Source: Lama glama (Eukaryota). Taken from it: DNA of 64,000 nt. The stretch is from contig CM052817.1 in assembly GCA_028534125.1 (NCBI GenBank), positions 74,774,001-74,838,000 of the forward strand, read 5' to 3'. Positions 1 to 13,080 of the stretch are shown in pieces (within the stretch, counting starts at the first letter, position 1; every line of letters begins with the position of its first letter). The translations under genes were made by a program, and so were the position numbers. The notes below the pieces were generated by a model, which searched no databases, was not told where the DNA came from, and saw nothing but the letters and a program-made list of their open reading frames with translations.

Positions 1-46
1 AAGAATCACATTTAGTATTGGGAAGGAGAGAAGATGCAACACTTAC

Positions 47-107
47 TTGCATTTGAGGTGGTGAATGTCTTTCAAATTCTTTTGAATCAAGGTAGGTTAT
101 CAGATTG
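47..107 (-). other. Candidate exon of unrecognised minus-strand gene
   Basis: aattaaag|C...CAA|gtaagt, 61 nt. Open in phase 2 (NLITYLDSKEFERHSPPQMQ); in phase 0 it reads QSDNLP*. Weak AAG acceptor, strong donor. Confidence 0.3.
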
Positions 108-794
108 CTTTAATTGGTGAAATTATGAATTTAGAAATTATTTAAAGCCCTGATAAAGGATTCTGAGGCCAATATTCTGATCAAAAATAATGGGAAGACA
201 GGGAAGTTGCTTCATATGTAGTAGAGTTGGTTCATTTTTTAGAGTAATACGATGATGAAGTGGAAAGTTGTGTGTACAAAGATGAAATGACAATGATTTT
301 AGGTTGGGGGATAGTTTTATGGGGATGGCTTCTTAATATTGAAATAGACTATTTTACATATCTGTTTCCCTACGTGAAAAAATCTGAGGGCCTGGACAGT
401 TTTCCAGGAGTGTCAGAACAGCACATTTAACATGTAAAACAAATTAGAAATAAAATCACAGTTCAAAAAAACAAGATATTACCCTATTTTAAAGATATGA
501 CCAATTATGATCCTACAGGATTGCTGTTTGTATTTATTCAGTCACTTAGCCACTCAACAAATATTTAATAGAAAGAAAGACTGCTTTACTAGAACTGATT
601 TCAAGCTTTGGTCATGAAGTTGAAGTTTGCTAAGCATGAAATGTTGAATCAGCACGACTGCCTTACCCTGGTAAAGGATTTCTATTTAAATGAAAATATT
701 TCATGTGACTTTATTCCAAATCATTGATTTCACCCATGCCTTTTTTTTTTTTAACATTTCAGTTTTATGAGGTTAGGTAGAATAAGCCTATGAT

Positions 795-970
795 TTAAAT
801 CCTAGTTGTACATTAGTTTTACCTGGAGAACTTTAAAAAACTACTTGATGTCACGTGCTACTCCAGAACAGCTGACTGAGACTTTCGGAAGGTAGGTCTG
901 AGTACTGATACTTTTCAGTTTAGAAAGTCCCCCGAATGGTTCTACTCTGCAGCAGGGTTAGGAATCCTGA
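795..970. mobile_element. MER5-like hAT-Charlie DNA transposon relic
   Basis: Resembles MER5 (…tacattag…acctggagaactttaaaaa…aaagtcccc…ggttct…tgcagcagggttaggaatc). Confidence 0.55.
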
Positions 971-1604
971 AACATTGCCCGTTTGTGCTAAGTCAGGGGG
1001 AGTAGCGCCCCGCCAAGAGGAAGCATTTCATAACTTGATCTTGCTATTCCATTAACGTAATTTTAATTCCTTCTAAATAATTTAAAGGCGAAAACCTAAG
1101 CAGCAAAAATATTTTCATCTGAGATCTCATGCCGAATGAGGGAGGCTACGTATAACAGCTTTTCAGCTAGGACTTGCAGAAATTAGCACTTGATCTGAGG
1201 AGATGTACATGTTATTTCTGAAAGCCTTATTGATACCAAGCCTAGTGTGAGGAAGGAAGCCATGTTAATCACACGGTTTCAGGTCCATTAGAAACGCCAT
1301 GGAGGGAGAGAAATTCCTTTTTGCCAAATGGAAAATGTCAAAAAATCAGCGGGGTAAAAAGAATTGGATTTTCATGCTTCTAAGAAGGGGAAAAGGGAAG
1401 CAAAGTAGAAGCAAAAAACATGATAGCTGATTCTACAAAGTCAGTCAGTTTAGTAAGTGTCCATTCTTAATTCAAAGATAGTAGTCTGTTTAATAGATCA
1501 TTTCTTTAGAATAAAGATATCCCCTTCTCCTGAATCATATCTTCTCTCTACCTACTGTTTCAAACTACAGATCTAGACTTGGTAAACCATGAATCTGTCC
1601 TTAC

Positions 1605-1699
1605 CTGCTGGCTTAAATCTTCCAATTCAGATTCCGTCTGTTCTTGTCTGCTGTTAATTGTCTCTATATCCGTCTGCTCACTGGCAATGTTAAAAGATG
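1605..1699 (-). other. Candidate coding exon of unrecognised minus-strand gene
   Basis: Very strong acceptor tctttttcttttaacag| and donor CAG|gtaagg. 95 nt, only one open frame (phase 1 to 0): (A)SFNIASEQTDIETINSRQEQTESELEDLSQQ. Confidence 0.55.
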
Positions 1700-2509
1700 C
1701 TGTTAAAAGAAAAAGACAGACAGTGAGATCACTTTTGAAATATTTTTCAGAACATGATAGATTTTCATCACTAGAGTATATGCAATACCATACTTATTAT
1801 ATAAATAAGTTACACACTTTAATATAAACAATGTAATGAGGCTTAAAATTAATCATTTAGAATTATCCTGAGAATTTTGAATTTATAATTATAAATGCAA
1901 GCATACCTAATCAAATGGGACTGATGTTTTCTAGCAAAGTTGGTCATTAGAAAATGATTGTTAAAAGAACGATTATTTACCATCTTTGAGGAAAAAAATA
2001 ATCAAGGTAAATTTATATCCCATATAAAGTAATATGAATATACATAATGTGAATACACAGTGATGCACCCAATAACACAATAACACTGAAATATCAGAAA
2101 ACTCTAGCCATGGAAGGGTATTACATGGCATTTGGCTCCAATACCGAGGGCATGTTGGAGAATACAACCCATAATATGCATGCTGAAAGATGGACCACTC
2201 ACCCCCATTGACATTTCCCAGCTGCTCTGGGCCACTCCTTCTCCTCTACTGCCTGTTTTCCTGAGCACCTACTAAACCACTTTTTGATTTTTGAAATCCT
2301 GCTTCCTTTCTCCATCCTTTTATATATATATATAATAGTATGAAAACCAAATTGCAATGTTTAGCATCACACCATGGTGTCTAACAATACTGCATATACC
2401 ATATTTAGCATAAAGTTTTATTTAAGTGGAAACATCTTCATGTTTTAAGTATCAAGTTTCATTGCCTATGGAGATCTGGAGATAATAACTGATTTTATTT
2501 AAAATGAAT

Positions 2510-2720
2510 TGTGGTTTCTAGTTTCAGATGCCCAGCTTTGAATCCTGGCTTGGCCTCTTGCTTATCTTCCTTGTCCTTAGGTTCATCTCCTGGAAGATTG
2601 GGACAATAATAGTACCTGTTTATATGATTATTATGAGAATTAACTGAGTTAATATACACAAAACACTTAGACTAGTGCCTGGCATAAAATAAGCATTGTT
2701 TAGTGGTATGCTATTACCAA
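2510..2720 (+). mobile_element. MIR SINE
   Basis: ttgaatcctggct…ataatagtacct…aacacttagactagtgcctggcata MIR core and tail. Confidence 0.7.
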
Positions 2721-4051
2721 CATATTTGCTATTATCAATATTATTAGTATGTAGTAGTACTTTGTAATATGATTTCCAAAGAGATCAGTTCTTTTGACAT
2801 TTAATAACAAAAGGAAAAAGAGTTAGCTTAATTTCCTAAAGGCTTTACTTTAAGATCTAAGGAAATTAAGCACAGCACGGTGAAAGGGAACATGCAATAG
2901 ATAAACACATATAAAGAATATTCTATTGAATATTGAAAATACAAATTTGCTTCATACTGCATATTTTGAAGATACCTATCAGCATCATTCTGAGGGTCTG
3001 ACTCTTGGGATGTGGTACATATAGCTCATTGACAGATAGTGTGTAGCACTGCTCACTAAAGAAGAATGATGACCATTTGTGGTGCACTGCCAGAATTGTT
3101 TACAGAATAAAATTCATGAGAAGTAAATGAGAAATATTGTCAGAGTTCTTCATTTACTGCACATAAGAGATTGAGCTTTGATGACACATCTGATAGTCAA
3201 TATAGAAAGCTCCAGGTCATACTGAAATTCAAAATCTTTTTTATAATTTTAATTAAAATTCAAAGGAGTCTAGTGAATTATACCATTAACCTTTCACCAC
3301 TAGAATTCAAGGGATCACATTTTAGGTTGATGTGAATAATGAGTTTGCTAGTCTCATCCAAATGTCCTTTCATATACCTCCCCATGCCAGGAACAGGATT
3401 ATTAAATCATCAGACACGTGGCGGTCTTCAAGGAAAGAAAAGTGGGAAACAGGGACGTCAGGTCAGGACTATCTTTGACCGACAATACTGCATGACAAAT
3501 TTAGGGAAGTCTTTTCTTGATTTAATTCGTTGCTATCAGTAACTGATTTCTTTCTTTCTTTCTTTTAAATCTGGAAATGGTTAAAGGCCTGCCAAGGAGA
3601 GGGGAGAAGTAGATTTTTTTAAATTTAAGAAAACAGAAATTTGTTCAAAAAAATTTTTAGCGGGGCTGTGATGTGGCTGATTACATCTGTGTTTGCATTT
3701 TGTGATTAAAAAATAACTCGGGGACTAGTGCTAATCATTGGGCAGATTATTATGGATGTCTGAATTTAACAGCCAAAGGGAAAGAGAAGGAAGGGAAAGA
3801 ACTTTTGAGAGTTTGAGGAAGATTTCTTTACTGAGGTTGAAATATTCCCAGAGAGCACATAAGAAATGACCTGAATTTAAAAAGCAGGGGGAATTATGGG
3901 GAAGATGAAGGCACTGAAATCAGGGAAACTTTGCTAGTGACTAGAAACGCTGAGGAGAAAGGAGAGAAGCTTTGAACCACCAACGCTGTATGACCAATAC
4001 CTTCCTTTTCACGTGAGCAGAACTGAGATATCTAAAGAGGAAATGACATGC

Positions 4052-4472
4052 TTTTTTTTAAATTGAAGTATAGTTGGTTTACAATGTTGTGTTAGTTTCT
4101 AGTTTACAGCATAGTGTTTCAGTTACATATATACCTATATATATTCCTGTCATATTCTTTTTCATTATAGGCATTATAAGATATGAATATACTTCCTTGT
4201 GCTGTATAGTAGGACCTTGTTGTTTATCTATTTTATATATACTAGTTAGTATCTGCAAATCCCAAACTCCCTTTCCCCCTCTCTACCCATAACCATAGCT
4301 TGTTTTCTATGTCTGTGAGTCTGTTTCTGTTTTGTAAATAAGTTCATTTGTGTCATTTCCTTAGATTCTACATGTAAGTGATATCTTACGATATTTTTCT
4401 TTCTTTCTCTTTCTGGCTTATTTCACTTAGTATGACAATCTTCAGGTCCATCCATGTTGCTACAAATGGCAT
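4052..4472 (-). mobile_element. L1 3' end (cetartiodactyl/camelid type), 5'-truncated
   Basis: Poly-T then ttgaagtatagttggtttacaatgttgtgttagtttc…tccatccatgttgctacaaatggc. The minus strand encodes the ORF2 C-terminal-like stretch PFVATWMDLKIVILSEISQKEK. Confidence 0.9.
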
Positions 4473-5124
4473 GGGAAAAAAGAGGAAATGCAGCCTTTCT
4501 TTTTCCAAAGAGTAAAGAGGATTTTTAATTATGAACAGCTTTGAGGAAATCTGTTGGCAGCCCCCAAGAAAAACACTGAAGGCAGCTAATGACTGGTGTG
4601 TACAGTGGGTTTTTGTGGATGGGCTATTGTGAGGAGGGAGGGGTGTTGTCTCCTCCATTAATTATAGTCTGCATGGCAGAGTATCTGGTGGAATTTTTGC
4701 AATGACCTTCTTCCTGCTGGTCTGGATTGGAACAAATACCACTGCCAGATCAATTGGCAAGGGATCTCTGAGGAAGTGTGAACTTCCGAGTAGAAAACTA
4801 GAAGGCTTGAAGATAGATTTGATTTTCCCTCTTAGAATGGAAGACTAAAACTTTACAGAAGAAAGAAAATTGGGGGTGAACAAAGGATTCCTGTGTAGAA
4901 ACACAGGACTTATTTTCCTTGACATGTTTTAGTCTATGAGAATGTATCCTTGACTTGGATTGAATTATTTGCCAAGGACAAAAAACAGTGACCCAGACAT
5001 TGCCAATATAATCAGTAGGATTTTAATCTAAAAGTAGAAAGAGGGAAGGGAGAGAGAAAAAAAACAAAACAAAACAACTCTTTGAATTAAAAAAAAAACT
5101 AGAGTGCATAGATTATGAGAACTA

Positions 5125-5380
5125 AATTTTATTGAGCACTAAATATACATTGTTAGTGCTCTGAGATTCTTCCATGCATTAGCTTGTTTAGTCATCTCCA
5201 CTAATTTACTGGGTAAGGTTTTTTTTTTTTCTTTTTCCCCTTTCTTTCTTTAAATCATCAGATGTAGATGAGGAAAATGGAGACTGAAGAAATTTTTAAA
5301 AAACCTTGGTCAAGGTCATATTGTTAGTAAAGATGTAAAATCAGCAGTCTAACTCCTGAGTTCATGGACTTGAATACTAT
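5125..5380 (-). mobile_element. MIR SINE
   Basis: tttattgagcact…agatgaggaaaatggagact…caaggtcata reverse MIR pattern. Confidence 0.6.
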
Positions 5381-5714
5381 TTTGTCTGTCTGGCTGAAAT
5401 AATCATGTCATAGTAAGAAAGGCGATCACAGACAAAGAGCCGAGTAATTTGGTGAAAGAAACATGAAGAGCGTCAGGAAACTTATTTATCCTCTCTCTAA
5501 TGTGACCAAGCAGTAAACAAAATGAAAGTAAAATTTACACAGAGGTAAGACTTTCCAGCCAGATGGAGAAAATGGAGGATGGGTTTTAGGAAAAAAATTT
5601 AAAAACCTGACAAAGGAAATATACAAGTTCCTGTAGTAATGGAATTTTCTTATCATGAGGATTCATCTGGAAGACAGATTATTTTAAAAGCATACTAGTT
5701 GATGTGTTTGTAAC

Positions 5715-6163
5715 TGGTATATTGGCTTACCGAAGTGGAATAACAGAGTACTGTGAACTGAGCGGCTTAAACAGCAGAAATCTATTGCTCCTTGTTTCTG
5801 GGGGCTCGAAGTCCAAGATCTGAGTGTTGGTGGGGTTGGCGCCTTCTGAGAGCTGTTTAGAAAATCAGTCCCTTGCCTCTCTCCTAGATTTACTGACAAT
5901 CTTTGGCATTATTTGCATTGTAGATGAATTACCCTGATCTCTGCCTTCAAGTTCACATGCGGTTCTCCTGGGGTGTGTCTGTGTCTAAATTTTCCTCCTT
6001 TATAGGACACTGGGCATATTGAAAAAGAGACCCATTCTACTCTGTATGGCTTAACTAATTACATCAGCAATGACATTATTTTCCAACTAGGTCACATGCT
6101 GATATACGAGGGGTTAGAACTTCATTTTTGAATTTTTGTGGGGACACAAGTCAACCCATAACA
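5715..6163 (-). mobile_element. MLT1 (MaLR) solo LTR, MLT1B/C-like
   Basis: ggcttaaacagcagaaatctatt…gaagtccaagatc…tataggacact…gggacacaagtcaacccataaca is the typical reverse MLT1 pattern. Confidence 0.85.
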
Positions 6164-6639
6164 GGGATCTTGAATGACATTTTCATTTTTCAGAACACAG
6201 GACAATAATTAGGGCTAGCACTCTGGACCTAATGGTGACCATCAGATAATGATGGCTGGATATGTGGAAATGTTGGACACAGATGATGGTAACTAAAGCA
6301 GGGAACACCAGGCAGATAAAATCACATGAGCAGCAGAAAGTGGAGAAATGTAGATAATAATAGGTAAGAATAATGATATTTATGGAATCTCATCCTGGGA
6401 CTTTAAAAGGAAAAGTAGTCTGGCAGGAACTGAGAACTCAAAAAACAAAAAAATCCTGCTAATGAACAATTCCAACATGAATGAGTAAAAGTCGGATGTG
6501 GAGGTGGGGATGGGCAGGTGTAGTGACATTGCTCTTTCTAGAAAGAACACTTTGAAGAGCTCAGGTTTATATTTTAGAACTTTAACTAACACATACGTTC
6601 TAATTGATTTCGAGTGGAATTTGTCATGCACAAGACAGG

Positions 6640-7160
6640 GAAATTGGTTGACATGACCAAGAACTAATATTAAAAGTGCTGTAAACTTATATAGATTATA
6701 GCAGGAAATCTATAAGCCTGAATAAAATGTGACTTCAGAAAAATGTCAACAGTACCAAAGGGCTTCTTCCGGCATGTTAAAAGCAAGGAGAAGACAAAAG
6801 TAAGTATAAGCCGGCTGCTTGGGACAGATGGTATAATGTTAACAGACGACAGGGGAGAAACAGAGCTCCTTCACTTCACAGAGTTTTAGCTGCTTTGTCA
6901 AGGAAATGATCCCTCAGCTAGAGAGGGCAGAGCACAGGTCGTCAGATGGGAATTGATCAGCAAGAGAGGTGAGATAATTTACAGAGTGGACGTGATGCTC
7001 CAGATGACCCAGACAGATTGGAGCCTCAGTTCTGAGGGAACTTGGGGAAGAGATGTCCACATGTCTGCTGCTAATACATTGTGAAGACTTGTGGGAAATG
7101 GAAGGATGCTAGAAAATTGGAGGCATAAAATAACATCCTGGTTTCCAATAAATAGAAGAC
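6640..7160 (+). mobile_element. CR1/L3 LINE ORF2 fragment (likely continues ~8640-8870 beyond the L1)
   Basis: Degenerate translation KGFFRHVKSKEKTKVSISRLLGTDGIMLTDDRGETELL resembles the CR1 ORF2 linker region. Confidence 0.6.
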
Positions 7161-7405
7161 AGAATAAATTACCTGTACTGCAGATTGGTGAGCCTGAAGC
7201 AATTCCAGAACAAGATCTACACAACTGCAGTTTTACAAACTTTGGTTGCCAGTGCCTTATGGTTCTCCATGCCATGGAGCTCTTACCAGAAATCATAAGG
7301 GTAACAGTGCAAGAGGGAGGGCGGGGGGGGGGGCAGGCAGTGAGGAAGATGAGGTACAGGGAGAGGCTAAGTACCTGCCCTGAGACCCCAGTCAAAACAT
7401 CAGGA

Positions 7406-8300
7406 CTCATTGTAGTTTTGATTTGTGTTTCTCTGATAATTAGCAATATTGAGTGTTTTTTCATGAGCCTATTGGCCATTAGTATGAATGGCCATCATTA
7501 AAAGGTCCACAAGCAATAAATGCTGGAGAGGTTGTGGAGAAAAGGGAACCCTCTTACACTGCTGGTGGGAATGTAGTTTGGTGCAGCCATTATGGGAAAC
7601 TATGGAAATTCCTCAAAAAACTAAAAATAGACTTACTGTATCATCCAGCAACCCCACTCCTGGGCATGTACCTGGAGGGAATGCTAATTTGAAAAGATAC
7701 ATGCACCCCAATGTTCTTAACAGCAGTATTTACAACAGCCAAGACATGGAAACTACCTAAATGTTCATTGATAGATGACTAGATAAAGAAGTTGTGGTAT
7801 ATTTATACAATGGAATACTACTCAGCCATAAAAAAGAATAAAATCATGTCATTTGCAGCAACATGGATGGACATAGAGATCATCAATCTAAGTGAAGTAA
7901 GCCAGAAAGAGAAAGAAAAATACCATATGATACCACTTATATGTGGAATCTAAAAAATAAAAAAGACAAATGAACTTATTTACAAAATAGAAACAGACTC
8001 ACAGATACAGAAAACAAGTTTATGGTTACTGGCAGGTGAGGGGAGGTGGGTATGAAGGGATAAATTGGGAGTTCAAGATTTGCAGATACTAACTACTATA
8101 TATAAAATAGATAAATAACAAGTTTATACTGTATAGCACAGGGAACTATATTCAATATTTTATAGTCACCTACAATGAAAAAGGATATGAAAATGAATAT
8201 CTGTATATATATGTATGACTGAACTATTACACTGTATACCAGAAACTGACACAACATTGTACCTGACTGTACTTGAATTAAAAAAAAAACTTAAAAAAAC
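7406..8300 (+). mobile_element. L1 3' end with 5' inversion (7406-7486 antisense, 7487-8300 sense) and degenerate TSD
   Basis: The sense part encodes the ORF2 C-terminus ([26 protein letters not shown]), then 3'UTR and poly-A. Flanks aaaacatcaggact / aaaacccatcagggct. Confidence 0.93.
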
Positions 8301-8924
8301 CCATCAGGGCTTTGCTTTTCTTAGATAAGATCTTGGTTGGGATGAAGAGTTCTATCAATTTTTTTTTAAATCATGAACAAGACCTCACACAAGGGACTAA
8401 TAAGCCCTTGATTTGGGACACTTAGGGAGGACTACACTGAGCATCACAGCGAACTGAGTGAGGATCAATAATGAGAATTTTCCTTTCTGTTTTTTTTTTT
8501 TTGGTTCTTACTTATTTCCTTCTTCTCCATTCCTCCCTCCCTCCCTCTTTCCCTCCCTCCTTTCTTTGTATCTTTATTAGTTTTTAATCTCCTTTCTTCC
8601 TTCCCTCCTTTCCTTGCTTGTTAAGTTTACCAGAAATTTTCTAAACACAGAGAACCTGATTTTCTGCAAGACAGTGAAAATAACTTGGAATAGCATTTTT
8701 GTGGATGAGAATGAGGGATGACTTCTGGCGTAATTAGGTAAAATTGTGAGTAGTTGATTAATTAGACACAAAGGCTGGAAATTTAATGAGTTGTTAGCAC
8801 AGAAAGATATCCAACGTGAAGGCTCAGAGCTCTATTCTCTTCACAGTAATACTTAACATTTTGAATGAAGAATTTTATTTCAGTTAATAAGGCATGCTGA
8901 TCAAATTGGCACATTACATGAGGC

Positions 8925-9340
8925 TGTGAGAAGTAAAAAATTTATTCTTAGAGTTTTTCTTCTGAAGTGTTTCAGCGGGCTGGAAGGGGAATTAAACCCA
9001 TCTAGGAGCCCAGCAGGCCCGATGACCACACCAGCAGAGGACGTGGGGTCTGTCACCCACTGGGCGAGAGAAGGGGAAGCCTCAGCCCTGCCTCTAGAGA
9101 AGCACCCAAGTGAGGAAGCTGCAGGGGGACCATATGGGCACCTGAAGGTCATTCTCATGGCTGCACGAAAAAAACCAACCTCAGAAGCCATCTATGCCAA
9201 GAGAGACCGCAAGGTACCTGTACCAGCTGGAGGAGCAGATGAAACTGAAGAAATGACATTCTACCTACAATTATGCCGATGTGCACCCAACCATGAGCCA
9301 TACTTCCATTCTGTCCTTGCTGCTCCCAGCTCCTGGCACA
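8925..9340 (-). mobile_element. Probable solo LTR (family not recognised)
   Basis: GC-richer block bounded by TG…CA, minus-strand AATAAA ~15 nt from the 3' end, flanks aggc/agtc (4-bp TSD with one mismatch). Confidence 0.5.
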
Positions 9341-10269
9341 AGTCAAGCAGGAAAATTTAAAAAATGGAAACAGGTGGAGTAAGAGGGAAAGACTTTTGAG
9401 AATTGGAAGAAGATCAGAGAGGGACAGGTAAGCACTGGCTGAGAGATTAATACATTAATTAGGCTGAATATTCACCTAATTGTCAGCATGTTTTGATTCA
9501 TAAGTGATCATATCTGTAAGTAGTAAGATTAGTTACTGCCAAACAGAAAAATAATCTATAGGGGAATTTAGTTTTGTTAAATATAAAATAAAATAATTCC
9601 CTTCATTCTCTCTCTCTCCAACTTATCTGATTTGATGCTGTCCCATTTCACAAGCAAACCATTTTGAAGAGTACCTGACACTTCATAAATGCTTAATAGA
9701 TGACAGTTTTCCAAATCGAAATTTTGCTTTCTGGTATGTTGTGTTTGTCAAACATGAAAAATTATACATTTATAGTCACTTTATGATGAAAATGAATAAA
9801 CTAGGATATACCCAGAAAAGACTGTCCAAGATAATTTCTGTTATTCTTGTCCCAGGTATAGGGGAGTTAACACCCTCCAGAATGCCTCAATTGTACAACT
9901 AATGTGTACAAAGTAGGTGCGGGGAAGGGGGCAAGGATGTGTTTCCCAGGACAGGATGGCAGTCTATGGTGTATGGTGAATAAGGAGAGATTGATGCCAG
10001 ATCTAAGCTTGTTGTGGGAGACTCGGAGGAACGGGTTTCCTGTTGTAAGTTGTTGTGAAGAGAGATTATTTTGGAATACTGCCTAGATGTGTAAAGGAAA
10101 AGATCCAGGGGAGAAATAACCCCATGCAAATAGAAGAGCTGACTAGGACAGTGGATTTCACAGTGGCATGGGACAAGATGTGGCACTCTGCAGGCATGGG
10201 TTGAAAACTGAATTATTATCGTATATATCAGATTGTGTGCTAAGGTTATGTTATTACAGAGTTCGGTTG

Positions 10270-11640
10270 GGAAATTCAGAGTTACAAGAAAGATAAAATC
10301 TTATCCTCAAGTAATTTACAGTTTAGTAAATGAGGCATATTAACAAATAAACAAATAAATTGCTCTGCCATGAAAGGAACATGTTATGTGTACAGTATGG
10401 ACACAAAAGAGAGAGAAGCAGGATCAGGAAAGATTCTCAAAAAAGAAAAAAAAAAGAGCAGATGCTTGAAATGAGTCTGTAAAGATGAATATATTTCTTC
10501 CAAACTGACCAGAGAAGCATCTTCCAGATAGGAGGAGCCCATGATCCTTCCACAATATGGAAGGCATATTGCAATGAAATAACCTGGCCAATGGCAAATG
10601 CCAGGAACTCAGTACTGCTGGACTAAAAGAAAGATTATCATGAGAAATAGAAATCAGAAAGATACAGAAGTCCTTTCATGAAGAACTAGTATGCTGGTCT
10701 GTTCTGCCATTTTCCCAGAGAGAGCAGGGAACCAGGAAAGATATTTAAGCTACAAAGTGGAAATTCACACTGGTTAGAAGATGAAGTAGAAGGAAAAAAG
10801 AGCAAAGACATACAGAGGTTGTTTTGTTTTGTTTTGTTGAGGCTGGCTCAGTGATCCCTGGAAGGACTGAAGAGGTCCTAAGGAAAGCAGTAGTGGGGGT
10901 GAGGGTGGAGGGGAAGAAGAATGAATAGATTTTGGTTATCTTCTGGTTTGGGGGTAGGAAGGAGAAGGTTAAATAAATCTTGATTGGATCTCAGGTTTCT
11001 GCCAAGAATACTTACCAAAAACAGTAAAACAGAGTAGGAGACATTTAAGTAAATGAAGGTGAGGTCAGTTTTAGACATGCTGACTTTAAGGTGTCTGCGG
11101 TCATTCAAGTGGCAATGTCCTGAGGGCACTTGGCTATATAGATCTGGAGCTCAGAAAAGAATGGGTTAGTGGTTCAGTTTTCAAGCATATCAATGGCAGT
11201 TGAATCACTGAGTTAAGTGTTTAACGAGAAGTGTTCGTGTGCAATGAGAAGAAGGAGTGCACACAGTTTTAGGTTATGTCAACATTAAACAGATTTCTGG
11301 AAGACCGACAGTCAAGAGAAGTGATTGGAAGAAATCTTCTGAGAGATAAAAGGAAAACGTATGCAATACATGTAGGAGAGGCGGAGGAATAAGAGTTACC
11401 TGGAGACAGAAGTAGACAATTCTGCGGCAGAGAAGTTGAAACAAGTTGAGGACTTAAACCTGTAGATTGAACTGACTGATTCAAAGGGTTGCCAAGGTAG
11501 AAATTATTTTGCAGTGGGTAAACCAGGAAAGCTGGGTGAGAAAATGAACACATTGAGCATAAATTATTAACTTAAGGAATGTGACTTTAAAGAGTTGCTA
11601 TCACTCTTCAGACACTGTAGAAAAGAAGTGACGGTGAGAT
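10270..11640 (-). mobile_element. L2 LINE fragments
   Basis: gaggtcagttttagacatgctgactttaaggtgtct…gatctggagctcagaaaaga is the characteristic reverse L2 sequence. Confidence 0.75.
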
Positions 11641-11789
11641 CGGCTATAGCTGAATGTGAGTGTGGGAACAGGCCCTATCTTTCTCAGAAAAGTAGGAGGC
11701 TGAGCAATGGGGCAGGTGGCTAGATGAGGGAGGCTGCTACCTGATAGCCTCACATGAATATATTTAAGGTACCATACGTTCAACCTATG

Positions 11790-13080
11790 GAAAAGCTAAC
11801 TCATGATCACACTGAAAGCCTTGATCTCTATTTTTAGGTCTAAATCCATAGACTAAACATGTACTTTATGTGGGTATCTCGAAGATAGCTTGAAACCTAA
11901 GTCTGCCTTGTCAAATCTTGTCTCTCATCCTTCAAAAGCCAATGTCTCTCTATCCCATTTTGCCAGGTAAGTAAATATCTCCACAATCTGCTCATTGTGC
12001 TCTGTGTGGCTACCACTATTCCAGCCTAAGCTTATATCATCTCTTACCTACATAGTGCAGCATCCACCCGCATGTAAGCCCCTTACAAACTGGGACCCTG
12101 CCTGGTTTGTTAACCATTCTGTTTCCACAGTCAGGAAGAGGGGCTGGGGCTGTTCCTTAGTAAATGCTAAATGCATAGGGATGATTAAATGAATTAAGGA
12201 ACATCTTCCTAACTGATTTCTGGCCTCCCATTTTACTCTATCCATATTTCCTTTCTCAAAACCTGTAGCTACAAAGCATGGTCTGTGGACCCATACATAA
12301 TAGCTGCCGCATCTGGGAATTTGTTAGAAATGCAGGCTTTCGGGCCCCACCCCAGACATACTGGATCAGAACCTGCATTTAACAACATCTGCAGGTGCTT
12401 TGTAGGTACATGGGATTTGAAAAGCTCCCAGGTCCCTAATGCTCTAAGTAGCATTCAGAGAGATCTTTCAAAATGCAAATATAGTCAGATCACCTACCCT
12501 TTTCTTAAAAATATTTCAGTGGCTTACCTGGCTAAAGATTAAAATCGTTAATATATCTGAGGACGCAGCTTAGTCTCATCCCCCACACCTCCCCGACCAA
12601 CCTCCGTTCCCACCTGGGTCCCGTTCAGCCACTCCAGCCTTGTCTCAGATGCCTGAGCACGCCCTGTCCCTCCCACCCCAGGGCCTGGGCTCCTGCTCTT
12701 TCTTCCGCTTTGTTCACTTCTGTTCTTTCCCCAACTATACCTGTCACCTATTTGCCTCTTCCTAGTGTTTCAAATCTCATGTCAATTTTAATTTTTATTC
12801 AATAAAGCCTTTTTTGGCCCCCAGATTCCTTTTCTATTTAGTCACAGAGACCATACTTCTTTCCTACGTGTTATTTAGCAAAGTTATGCTCTACTATTAT
12901 TTTCTGGTGTATTAGTAATTGTTTGATTGAAGGCTGGCTCCACAATTGGGCTGTGAGATCCTTGGAGGCAAAAAAAGTGCCTGTTTTGTTCCTTGTAATA
13001 TCTTAATTGCCAGCACAGTGTTTAACATGATAGATATGTATTTAAAGACAAATGAAAGCAAGGAAGAAAGAATGAACTGA
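11790..13080 (+). mobile_element. L2 LINE fragments with 3' tail, interrupted by MER5
   Basis: Pyrimidine-rich L2 body; 3' end ccagcacagtgtttaacatgatag…gaatgaa. Confidence 0.7.
12265..12440. mobile_element. MER5A-like DNA transposon
   Basis: gcatctgggaatttgttagaaatgcag…gggccccaccccagacatactggatcagaacctgcatttaacaa. Confidence 0.85.

Noticed and set aside
1579..1827. Plus-strand 82-aa ORF
   Set aside because: Antisense shadow of the minus-strand exon candidate 1605-1699; the splice signals are on the minus strand.
6979..7760. ORFs of 166, 136 and 90 aa
   Set aside because: They are chimeras of CR1 relic, flanking DNA and the inverted/sense L1 ORF2 pieces, not host genes.
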